In this document: piece by piece, positions 50,515 to 60,795 of the stretch
How the letters are laid out: the number at the start of each line of letters is the position of its first letter
How positions within the stretch are numbered: the stretch's first letter is position 1
Assembly (NCBI RefSeq): GCF_963921235.1
Contig: NC_086108.1
Coordinates: 87,732,001-87,796,000, forward strand
Reading direction: 5' to 3'
DNA from: Mobula hypostoma
Lineage: Eukaryota
DNA: 64,000 bases
The notes under the pieces: model-generated
Seen by the model: the letters and a program-made list of their open reading frames with translations, nothing else
Database searches by the model: none
What the model was told of the DNA's origin: nothing
Made by a program: the position numbers and the translations under genes

Positions 50515-51645
50515 CTAGATAGATAGATACTTTACTGATCCTGAAGAAAATTACAGTGTCACAGTAGCATTACAAATGCACAGTTATAAATATTAGAAGA
50601 GAAGTATAAAGAATAAAACTGTTACCTCAAACAGTCTAACGCGGGGGGGGGGGTGTCATCATTTCCCTGGCTATAGGTTGACTCATTATAGAGCCTAATA
50701 GCCGAGGGTAAGGATGACCTCATATTGTGCTCTTTAAAGCAGCACAGTCATTTTAGTCTATTACTAAAAGTGCTCTTCATGACCTGATAAGAGGAGAATT
50801 GCTGTTTTCTTTTTCATTATATATTACATACTAGCTTAACATTATGTATGATTTTGATAATGTCTATTTCAATCTCTCTTTGTATTGTTATTGATATATT
50901 TATATATATTTGAGATAATTCTCCACTTGTTTGTATTTATATTCCTTTTAAATCAATAAAAAGATTAATAAAGAAAAGTAAAAGTGCTCCTTTGTTCAGC
51001 CAAGGTAGCATGCAGATGGAGAGAAACATTATCCAGAATTGCAGGATTTTTCGTAGGGTCCTTTGTTCTACCACAGTCTCCAGTTTGTCCAGTTTGAGCA
51101 ATAACAGAGCCAGCCTTTCTAATCAGTTTATTGAGCCTATTGGCATCACCCACGTTGATGCCATTACCCCAGCACACCACCGCATAGAAGATTGTACTAG
51201 TGACAACAGAGTGGTAGAACATGTGAAGGAGAGGCCTGTGTACGCCAAAGCACCTTAGTCTCCTCAGGAAGCAGAGGCAACTCTGACCCTTCCTGTACAC
51301 AGCCTATGTATTGATACTCCACTGAAGTCTGTCATCCTGGTGCACCCCCAGGTACTTGTAGGTCCTCACCACATCCACATCCTCATCATCAACAGTAACA
51401 GGGAGCAGTGCAGGCTTAGTCCTCCTAGAATCCATCACCATTTCCTTTGTCTTACTGATGTTGAGCTGCAAGTGATTCAGCTTGCCCCATATGACCAAGT
51501 CCTCCCCCTGGGTACTGTATTCATCCTCCCTTCATACACCCAACTATTGCTCAGTCATCAGAGAATTTCTGCAGATCACATAACTCAGTGTTGTATCTAA
51601 AGTCAGGAGTATACAGAGTAAATAGGAAGGGAGCCATTCCCACTC
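50515..51645 (-). mobile_element. Rex1/Babar-like LINE fragment with (ATCT)n tail
   Basis: LQLNISKTKEMVMD, YKYLGVH, FLRRLRCFGV..IFYAVVCWG. Confidence 0.82.
50776..50978 (+). mobile_element. Short retroposed 3' end (L1/Tx1-like) inserted in the Rex1 copy
   Basis: 11-bp TSD TAAAAGTGCTC; ends with AATAAA and an A-rich tail. Confidence 0.65.
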
Positions 51646-51679
51646 TGTGGAGGTTAGTTATTGATGGTTTCTCACACTG

Positions 51680-51915
51680 ATACAGCAGCAAAACAGGCCC
51701 TTTGGCCCACTGCTTCTGTGCTAATCTTCAATCAACCACACTACTTCCATTTCACCCTCCCCACATTCTTATCCATTTCCCACAGATTCTGTCACTCAAG
51801 GGGCAATTTACTGCAACTAACCAATCAAATTGCGCATCTTTGTGATGGAGGAATATGGAGTGTGGGAAATCCCACACACTCACAGGGAGAACTTGCAAAA
51901 TTCCAGACAGACACC
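51680..51915 (-). mobile_element. V-SINE-like fragment
   Basis: Minus strand GCAAGTTCTCCCTGTGAGTGTGTGGGATTTCC core. Confidence 0.55.
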
Positions 51916-52535
51916 AGAAGTCATCTAAAGAAGGCAATACAGTGGCTATACCTTATCAGGAGCTTGAAGAGATTTGGTTTGTCATCTAAAACACTCAAAA
52001 ACTTCTAGAGACATACCGTGGAGTGCATTCTGACAGGCTGCATCACTGTCTGGTATTGGGGGGGGAGGGGGTTTACTACACAGGACCGAAAGCTACAGAA
52101 CCATGTAAAATTAGTCAGCTCCATCTTGAGTACTAGCCTCCGTGGTATCCAAGACATCTTCAAGGGGCGGTGCCTCAGAAAGGCAACATCCATTAAGGAC
52201 CCCCATCAGCCAGGACATGCCCCCTTATCATTGTTACCATCAGGAATGAGGTACAGAAGCCTGAAAGCACACACACAGCAATTCAGAAACAGCTCTTTCC
52301 CCTCTGCCATCCGATTCCTAAATGGACATTGAACCCATGAACACTACCTCACTTTTTTTTAAAAAAACATATTATTTCTGTTTCGCACTATTTTTAATCT
52401 ATTTGACATACATAAACTTATTGTAATTGATTTAACTGTTTTTTTCTTTCTGTGTTATCGTACAATGCATTGTACTGTTGCTGCTAAGTTTACAAATTTC
52501 ACAACACGTACCAGTGATAATAAACCTGATTCTGA
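51916..52535 (+). mobile_element. Rex1-like LINE 3' fragment
   Basis: LYLIRSLKRFGLS, ECILTGCITVWY, DPHQPGHAPLSLLPSGMRYRSL; CTGATTCTGAT tail. Confidence 0.8.
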
Positions 52536-53584
52536 TCAAAACTAGGTCCAGGAGCTGAGACAGCACCTCTTCTTTCCACATAACTGTGCCACTCTAACTT
52601 CAAACTTTCTACTTCAGAGTCTGTTGCATTAAATAACATTGCCCTCTCAATATCTGCATGTTCGACAGTTATTGTGATACTTCACTGTCTAATGATAACT
52701 AACTGGCTTCCTCTAATATATGCGTAAGAGAAGGTTGTGCATTCTCCTCAGAAGAAGAGAATAGAGAAATAACTACAACAATGTGAGATTAGCATTGCTA
52801 TTTCTGTCTCATGCTGACTGAAGAAGAGTGGCTAACCGGGAAAAAAGTAGCCAGCATTGACTTCATAAGGAAAATCTTGCTTACCAAAAGCAGAGTTTTT
52901 TAAAAGAGGATAATGGAAACACAGTACATGTCATTTCTCTAAATTTCAAAAGGGCCTTCAATCAGGTAGACTACAGAACAAACTCAAAGAATGCAGAGGT
53001 ATAAAAGCCAAGGAAAATGAGAAGCATTCCACTGCCCCTATAGACCCACCCAGTCTAGACTGGGGTACACACCCACCAAGCCCTTATGTCCAAGGAACAC
53101 AGAAGCCATGACAAGCAGCCCACTCCCACCAGGCTCCGCTAACAAGGTACTGTCACCCTCTCTCCCAATGTGCATCCTGCCCTCCGTGCATACTGAGCAC
53201 CACTTCCCTCACCCTGTGTTTATTTATACACCCACGCCTTGTGCACCTTACATCCTGCCTACACTTTCTCCACTCCCTATACTGACCACCATTACCTTAA
53301 CTGAATGTAAACCGTGCCCCACACCTCGTATATGTTGCATATCATGTGTACACCCTGCACCGTGCCCGGTCCACCATTTCCCTAGCGTTATTTACACTGT
53401 GCCCCACACCCTGGGCACATCCTGCCACCACGCCCCTCTTGTGTGCCCCATGTCCCCACACCCCTGTACAGTTTCTGCCCTCACAGCCCCTACACGTGCT
53501 GTGTCCTCACTCCGGACCGTCTGTGTTTACATACAACTGACAGTGGCTGCCCCGGCCCATCCCAGCCCCCCGGTACCAGCTTAC

Positions 53585-53611
53585 CTCCGAGTCTCTCTCT
53601 CCGCCGGACAT
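53585..53611 (-). CDS. SZT2: SZT2 coding exon 1 (MSGGERDSE)
   Basis: AAC-ATG start, 27 nt, GTAAG donor; in phase with exon 2; parallels recalled human MASERPEPE. Confidence 0.88.
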
Positions 53612-53822
53612 GTTGACTGCCCGTTCTCATGCCGGGACCTTCGCCCGCCCGCCGCTGCCTACCCTCACCAGACGGGATCCCGACAGATCATCCCAACCTG
53701 CCGCTGTTTCCTGACCTCTGAACTCCGAACCTGGAAACGGAAGCAGGTCCGGGTTTTTGGAGGCGGAGGACGGAGCGGGCGCCAGTTTCCGTTTCGAGGG
53801 CGCTGAGCTGGTGGCGGAGGCG
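53612..53822. promoter_or_regulatory. CpG-island bidirectional promoter and 5'UTRs shared by SZT2 and MED8
   Basis: Most CpG-dense stretch of the window; 211 bp between divergent ATGs; inverted ETS-like GAAACGGAA motifs at 53734-53742 and 53787-53795. Confidence 0.88.
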
Positions 53823-53828
53823 ATGCAG
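53823..53828 (+). CDS. MED8: MED8 coding exon 1 (MQ)
   Basis: GCG-ATG-CAG|GTGAGG; matches the recalled MED8 start MQ. Confidence 0.85.
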
Positions 53829-54324
53829 GTGAGGCGGCGGGGACCGGGGATCGGGGATCCAGTGTGGGTTTCAGCTTTGAGCCGCTCCCGGATCCGCGGG
53901 GTTCCTGGAAATAGCGAAGGCTGCAGGGAAACATTCTCGTATCCGTTTCTGAGGAAAGTCTGGCAGCAACACACCAACTTTCATTATTCATCCAGCACCT
54001 GCAGATTTCCTCGTGTTTTCATTATTCATATAGTCGTTTCTACACAAGAATGTCCCTCTGAGATGCTGACATCTAAACAGCTCTCGTCAACTCACACGAC
54101 TGATATTAGGTCTTGGTTCACATTGGCATCCTGAAGGAGGTGAGAGAGCCTTAAAGGTGAAGGATGGGAATCACAGCAGCGATTGCAGCTCGTGGACTTA
54201 CTGAAGGCAGTGAAATGATGGAGTAGAGGAATTGGATGAGATCCAGTATCTTGGTGGTGGTGGGGGGAAGGGTTACAGAGCTGGAGGATCTATCAGAGGG
54301 ATAAGATATACCAAGACTAAACAT

Positions 54325-55535
54325 CAAAGTTCAAAGTACAATTTAGTTATCAAAGTACATACATATCACCGCATACAACCCTGAGATTCTTTTTTTCTGT
54401 AGATATACTTAACAAATCTATAGAACGGTAACTGTAAACAGGATCGCTAAATTGTAAACATCAGGAACTGTGAACAAACTGCAGTTAATAAATAGCAATA
54501 AATAACGAGCATGGATCAACAAGATAAAAGAGACCTCAAATGAGTGTAGTTATCCCCTTTTGTTCAAGGGCCTGACGGTTGAGGGGTAGTAACTGTTCTT
54601 CAACCTGTTGGTGTGAGTGCTGGGGCTCTTGTACCTTCTACCTGATGGCAGCAGCAAGAAAAAAGCATGGCCCAGGTCGTGAGGATCTTTGATGATGGAT
54701 GCTGCTTTTCTACAGCAACGTTTCATGTAGATGTGCTCGATGGTTGGGACGGCTTTACCCATGATGTACTCTGCCAAATATATTACCTTTTGTAGGATTT
54801 TCCACTTGAAAGGCATTGGTGTTCCCATACCAGGCCATAACGCGGCCAGTCAGCACACCTTCCACCACACATCTATAGAAGTTTGCCAAGGTTTTTGACG
54901 ACATGCCAAATCTCCACAAAGTCCTGCAGAAGTAGAGGCACTGTTGTGCTTTCTTAGCAACTATATTTATATTTTGGGTCCAGGACATGCCCTCTGAGAT
55001 AGTGACACCCAGGAATTTAAGGTTACTGACCCTCTCCACCTCTGAGTTTACAATGATTACTGACTCACGGACCTCTGGTTTCCCTCTACTGAAGTCTACT
55101 ATCTGTTCCTTGGTCATATTGACATTGAGTGAGAAGTTGTTGTTATTATACCACTCAGCTAAATTTTCAATCTCCTTCCAGTCTGCTGATTCATCACCAG
55201 CTTTGATACAACCCACAACAGTGGTGTCATCAGTAAACTTGAATATGGTGTTGGAGCTGTATTTAACCACACAGACATAGGTGTAAAGCGAGTAGAGCAG
55301 GAGGCTAAGCACACATTTCGGTGGTGCTGCTGTGCTGATGGAGATTGTAGAGGAGATGTTTTTGCCAATCCAAACTGACTGGGGAAATCCAAGATCCTAT
55401 TGCTCAAGGGGTATCACAGTGAATGGCGGTGCTGGTTCGAAGGGCCGAATGGCCCACTCCTGCACCTATTGTTTATTGTCTATTGTATTGAGGCCCTGGT
55501 CTTGGAGTTTACTGATTAGTTTAGAGGGGATGATG
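54325..55535 (-). mobile_element. Rex1/Babar-like LINE, 5'-truncated
   Basis: KFTDDTTVVG, LNVNMTKE, KFLGVTIS, DPHDLGHAFFLLLPSGRRYKS. Confidence 0.85.
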
Positions 55536-56904
55536 ATGTTAAATGCCCAGCTGTAATCTATAAAAAGCATCAGAATATATGCATCTTTGCTACCCTGATG
55601 TTTCAGGATTTTGTGAAGAGTAGTGAAACAGCAGCATACACTGGATTAATTTCTTTATTGATAACAGGAACTAAATAGTTTTATAGTACTTGAGTAGGGT
55701 TGGTAGTGTTCTAATTTGTTATTTTTTTCCATTTAAATACATAATTTGTTACTCAGTTTGTCTTTTTTTTTGTACCTGTTTTAGATGTATTGGAGTTTTC
55801 AGAGCAAAAATTAACAATATGTTTCAGGTTTTTAAACAAGCATTTTATTGATTTTCCAAATCTTGAGTGTCAGCGAACACAGAAAATTCATAGAAATGCT
55901 CTGGCTCCAAAGGTGATCTTTTAACCCATTAAATTGTGGCTTCTATTAGAATATTCAGTGTCCATTCTTTCCCTCCATCAGCCAAAATAGCTCATTCTAT
56001 TCTCTATCAGTCGGTTTTGGAAATGCCATTGCTCAGATCCTTCTAACATGGGCACTTTCACGTCACCTAACATGTTAAACACAGAAAGCCTCGGTCCAAG
56101 GTGATTACAGATGAGACTCTGATGTACACATTTTTGATCTCACATGTGCTTCAACATACAGAATCTCATTCTATTGAGATTGTATAGTTGCATACAGTCA
56201 ATGTTGAGAACGTGGATGACAAATTTTCCTATTCACATCCTCTTCCTCAACACCGACTGTGCAACTTTACAATCTCATCCAGACGTTTTCCTCTGCACTC
56301 TAGCCTCCAACAGTCATTCCTGAGACTCTTATCAGTCCTTTCTCCCTCTCAGCTGCTCCCCCTTTACTTGACTCTTGGGTCCTTCCTCCCCCCCCGCCAC
56401 CCCACCTTTGTTCTTCCAGCCTTCCTCCACTCTCCAGGATCTTTCTTAGGTCAGCAAACCATAACGACTGGAACATAATGAACAAGGAGGACCATTGCTG
56501 TTCATAACCTATGTCAACTGTTTGGCTGAAGGGAACAAGTGTCATGTTTCCAAGTTTGCTGATTACATTAAATTAGCTGGAATTATGGACAGGAAAAATT
56601 ATGTAAAAACGCTTCAAGGAGATTGAGAAAAGATGAGTGTGTGGACTAAAATGAAAAATCCGTTTTGGTGAATATAACAGATTATTATCAATGGGTGAGA
56701 GACTAGCTAATGTTAATGTTCACAATAGTCTACCTGTACAAAAGAAAGCCTAGATATTAATATAGTAGGTGATGAGGGAGGCAAATGGTATTGTGACGTT
56801 TTTTAACAAGAAGATGTGAGTGAAGGAATAAAGTATATCTCATTGTAACTATAAAGGACCCTGGAGGTGATTATATAATATGGAACCTGCACCTGGAGCA
56901 TTGT

Positions 56905-57112
56905 ACACACGAGGAATTCTGCAGATGCTGGAAATTCAAGCAACACACATCAAAGTTGCTGGTGAACGCAGCAGGCCAGGCAGCATCTCTAGGAAGAGGT
57001 ACAGTCGACATTTCGGTCCTGACGAAGGGTCTTGGCCCGAAACATCACCTGTACCTCTTCCTAGAGATGCTGCCTGGCCTGCTGCGTTCACCAGCAACTT
57101 TGATGTGTGTTG
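56905..57112. mobile_element. Young Penelope-derived palindromic insertion with a hammerhead-like core
   Basis: Perfect 65-bp inverted arms (56940-57004 / 57049-57113); 13-bp TSD CCTGGAGCATTGT; CTGACGA...GAAA in the loop; sits in a degraded CR1. Confidence 0.85.
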
Positions 57113-58376
57113 CCTGGAGCATTGTGTACAGTTCCAGATTCCTTATCAAACAATGTATATTATTACTATAGAGGGACTGTTTGGCAAAGATTCACTCAGC
57201 TAAGGAGGTGAATTTGCCATGTGAGGAAAAATTTAAGTATAGGGGAATAAGAGGTAATTAAATAAAATTCTTACAGGATTTGGCAGGTGGAGCATGGTTA
57301 ATCTGGCCGAGGTCTAGAACCAGAGGGTAGAGTCTCAGAATAAGGGGTAAGCCATCTGGAACTGAAAGCAAATTTCTTCACTTGTGTGGTAAATTGTTGG
57401 CATTCTTCGTCATTCTCCACTGCTGAGGGCTGGGGAGGCTCAGTCACTAAGTTTTTTAATAGATTTCTGGATATTATGATTGTGATGAATCGTGGAGAGG
57501 CCTACTTCCTCTTCCATTTCCAATGGTCCGGATGCTGGCTGCCCACTGTATTGAAGAGAGAGAGTGTTTGCCAATTGTCCTTTTCCTCAGTTCCCAGCAG
57601 GAGCATTCACTTGATTCAGTTCAAAGCAGATCCCCTCAATTCATTCAGTTCGCATAACCTCCACCAACAGTGAATGCTCCCCATATTCCATATTTGTACT
57701 TCCTAGACCTTAATAGGAACAGCTTTCCTTTACCAATGCTATCTAAACCAGTCATGATCTAGAGTACCTTCATCAAATAAATTTCTTTGAACTTTTTTGC
57801 ATTGAGAACCACCCCGGTTTCTCCAGCCAGCCTTGTTGCTGAAATCCTTCATACTTAGAACCTTTATAGTGGATCTTTTTTGCACCTTCATCTTTATTAG
57901 TAGTAGCATCAGAGAGTATAAGGTTACACCCAACTGTTTTCAAATGATAAGAGAGACAACAAAGTAAGACTACGTGATAATCTGTTAAAGAGCCCTGCCA
58001 GGAATTATTGCAGAAGTTACATCTATTTAGCTTTTTGAACTAAAGAGCTACACTTGATAGTAGACAGTATCACAAGTTGCAACAGACATGCTTAGAGATA
58101 CCAGTCAAAATGAGAGTACAGAACGCCGTCCTTACAGTGCCTGACCAGCATGGAAAATTCTTTGATGGCATTGCCATGATGCTGTATCAGTAAGCATTTG
58201 GCAGTCGAGGGTGCAGTTGTACATCTGAACTCGATCTGGATTATCAGGACTTCCTGATATCACTCTTTATAAAATGCTACCATAACACCAAGGGAAATAG
58301 CTTTCATTTCACTCTGGAATTAAATTTCTGCAAAAAAGGAATATTTTATTCAAAGTTTAATGTTTACTTTCCACAG

Positions 58377-58498
58377 CCGCAAGAAGAAAAGCAGCTGGAG
58401 GCATCAGTGGATGCAATTATCAGTCGCGTGGCTGATCTGAAGAACTCTTTAGCAGCTTTCATCCTGAAACTGGAGAATGAATTTGATCGGATGAACTG
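58377..58498 (+). CDS. MED8: MED8 coding exon 2 ([40 protein letters not shown])
   Basis: CAG acceptor and GTATG donor; 122 nt. Confidence 0.94.
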
Positions 58499-58667
58499 GT
58501 ATGAAGCCCAGTTGTGAAGCCCACTTTCTGCTCTGTCTAATTCCTTTAATGCCTTGTTACAAATTAGATATCGGCAACCCAGTATGAATAATTTCCATGT
58601 TGGTTGGTGTGAGAAATACAGTTGAAAATCAGAATTAGTGTCCAAGTTAAAGTTATCTATTATTGAG

Positions 58668-58876
58668 GTACAGTGCAGAATAGGCCCTTCTGACCCTTCG
58701 AGCTACACCACCTAGCAATTCCCTGATTTAATCTATGGATTAATGGTATGGATTTGGACTGGGAAGAAACCGGAACACCCAGAGGAAACCCACACAGTCA
58801 TGGGGAGAACATACAAACTCCTTACATTGTGCCTGTATTATAAAGCATCGTGCTAACCACTGCACTACCATACTGC
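58668..58876 (-). mobile_element. V-SINE/HE1-like SINE
   Basis: Minus strand TGGTAGTGCAGTGGTTAGCAC head and GTGGGTTTCCTCTGGGTGTTCCGGTTTCTTCCC core. Confidence 0.7.
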
Positions 58877-60078
58877 AAATTTTATTAGGACAGAGCTGTT
58901 TGGATTTTGCAGCATCTAGCCCAAGCTTCACCTACAGTATTCCTGCTTTGTTAAAGCATATTAGAAAGAGCTTTATCACATTTGTCTAAAAATTAGATTG
59001 ATCAGCACAATTTTTTTTTGCTTTACATGTTAACTGCAGGCTATAGCTAAAGAAGAAGCTTACCAGTTGCATGAGGTTGATTAATGTCCTGTAAAGTTTG
59101 TCTACTTGGGGTATGAAGGAAGTCGGGCAACCAGAGCTTCCTTTTTATTTTCTTTAAATTTTCCCTTTTTTTAAACACTCAGAACCTTTATCACGTTTCT
59201 TGAATACATTCGGCTGACTTCTGCAAGTGTTGAATATCTAAGATAGAAACGTAAAATGCCAGAAATTCTCAGCAGGATTGTCAGCATCTTCAGAGACTGA
59301 AACAAACTAAACATGTCAGTTTCTGTTTGTCCTTCCAGGGGTGCTGCTTGATTTGTTGAATATTTCATTCAGAGTGGATTTGAGTTCAAAGATGTGAGGC
59401 CAATTTCTTTTTTTAGGCATACTTGCTTTAGTCAACTGGACAGAAATCTACATATCTTAGATTTTGGCCTTTTATATATGTCCTTTTTTCTCCTTTCATT
59501 TTTTGCAAAGAGGTTACGATACGTTCATCACGGTATTGAGAAGGAATAGGTGGGGGAGGAGGGGAATGTTCCTTGACGGAGTTTTGTTGCAGACTAGTGA
59601 GCCATTGTCAGAAGGTATATCGTTAATATTAGAACCATTGATGTTAGCAAAAACCGGCTTCCAGAAGGAAACTCTGAGCACTGATCAATCTTGTATATTA
59701 CAGTGACCAATTTCTGAACTATTTTAGCTCCCCACTGTGACAATGCAGTTTCTGTTCCTCATAGAGAGTGGTACTGCTTGCACCTTCTGATCTCAAAACC
59801 AATTACTGCTTGCAAGTGTCAGTATGTTTGAAAACAATACGATGGCTGATTCTTGCTTCCATCAGTTGTTCCTTTACTAACTATATATCTTCTGATCAGG
59901 GCTTACTACCTAACAAGCTTATGCCCATAAAAAATGCTATTTCCAGTTCTGATTAAGGCGAAAGACAAAAATAGACTGGCTGTGTACTCTTGAAGTTCCG
60001 TTCCATTTTCAATCTGCTGTTAAAGTTTCCTGCAGCTGTTTTGCCTAACCTAACACCTGACTTTCAACTGTTGTACAG

Positions 60079-60223
60079 GCCCTCAGTCTTGGATAACTTT
60101 GCTCTGGTATCCGGGCAGCTAAACACCTTGAACAAGCTCCTAAGGAATGATAAAACACCGATTCTAAGAAATCAGGTCATCATTCCGTTGCTGCTTTCTC
60201 CTGATCGTGATGATGAATTGATG
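60079..60223 (+). CDS. MED8: MED8 coding exon 3 ([48 protein letters not shown])
   Basis: CAG acceptor and GTATG donor; 145 nt. Confidence 0.96.
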
Positions 60224-60314
60224 GTATGTCATGAATCCAATTACATCTACTCCATTGTTTCACAAAAGCTGGGAATTCTTCACACCCAATTCTTCTTCTG
60301 TGATAGCCCTCCCA

Positions 60315-60795
60315 CTGTAATGGAAGGGGTCCCGATGAGGTTCACAAGGATCATCCCGTGAATGAAATTGTTCACGTATGAGGAGTGTTAGGCAGCTCTG
60401 GGCCTGTACTCACTGAAGTTTAGAAGAATGAGGGTAGATCTCATTGAAACCTATCTAATATTGAAAAGCCTAGATAGAGCGAATGTGGAGAGGATGTTAG
60501 CTATAGTGGGGGAGTCTAGGTCCAGAGGGCACAGCCTCAGAATTACAAGGGCATCCCTTTAGAACAGAGAGGAGGAGGGTTTTTAGCCAGACTGTGGTGA
60601 ATCTGGAAATCATATGCACTGACAGCTGTGGAGGTCAGGTCACTGGGTATATTTAAAGCAGAGGTTAATAGGTTATTGTAAGGGCGTCAAAGGTTACAGG
60701 AAGAAGGCAGGAGAATGAAGTTGAGAGGGGGTTCATAAATCAGCCATGATGGAATGGCCTAATTCTGTTCCTATGTTTTTAGGTTTTATGGTCTA
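60315..60795 (+). mobile_element. CR1 LINE 3' fragment
   Basis: RFTRIIP..LGLYSLKFRRMRVDLIETY remnant. Confidence 0.8.

Larger units (their letters stand above)
283..53611 (-). other. SZT2: SZT2 gene, coding exons 1-18 (5' part; continues beyond window start), KICSTOR complex subunit
   Basis: 18 exons join in phase into a 2675-nt open frame matching the recalled vertebrate SZT2 N-terminus ([13 protein letters not shown]..., [46 protein letters not shown]). Confidence 0.96.

Noticed and set aside
53108..53806. 232-aa Pro/His/Cys-rich ORF and other overlapping ORFs at the promoter
   Set aside because: Explained by C-rich skew and the GC-rich CpG island; antisense to SZT2 intron 1; no homology cues.
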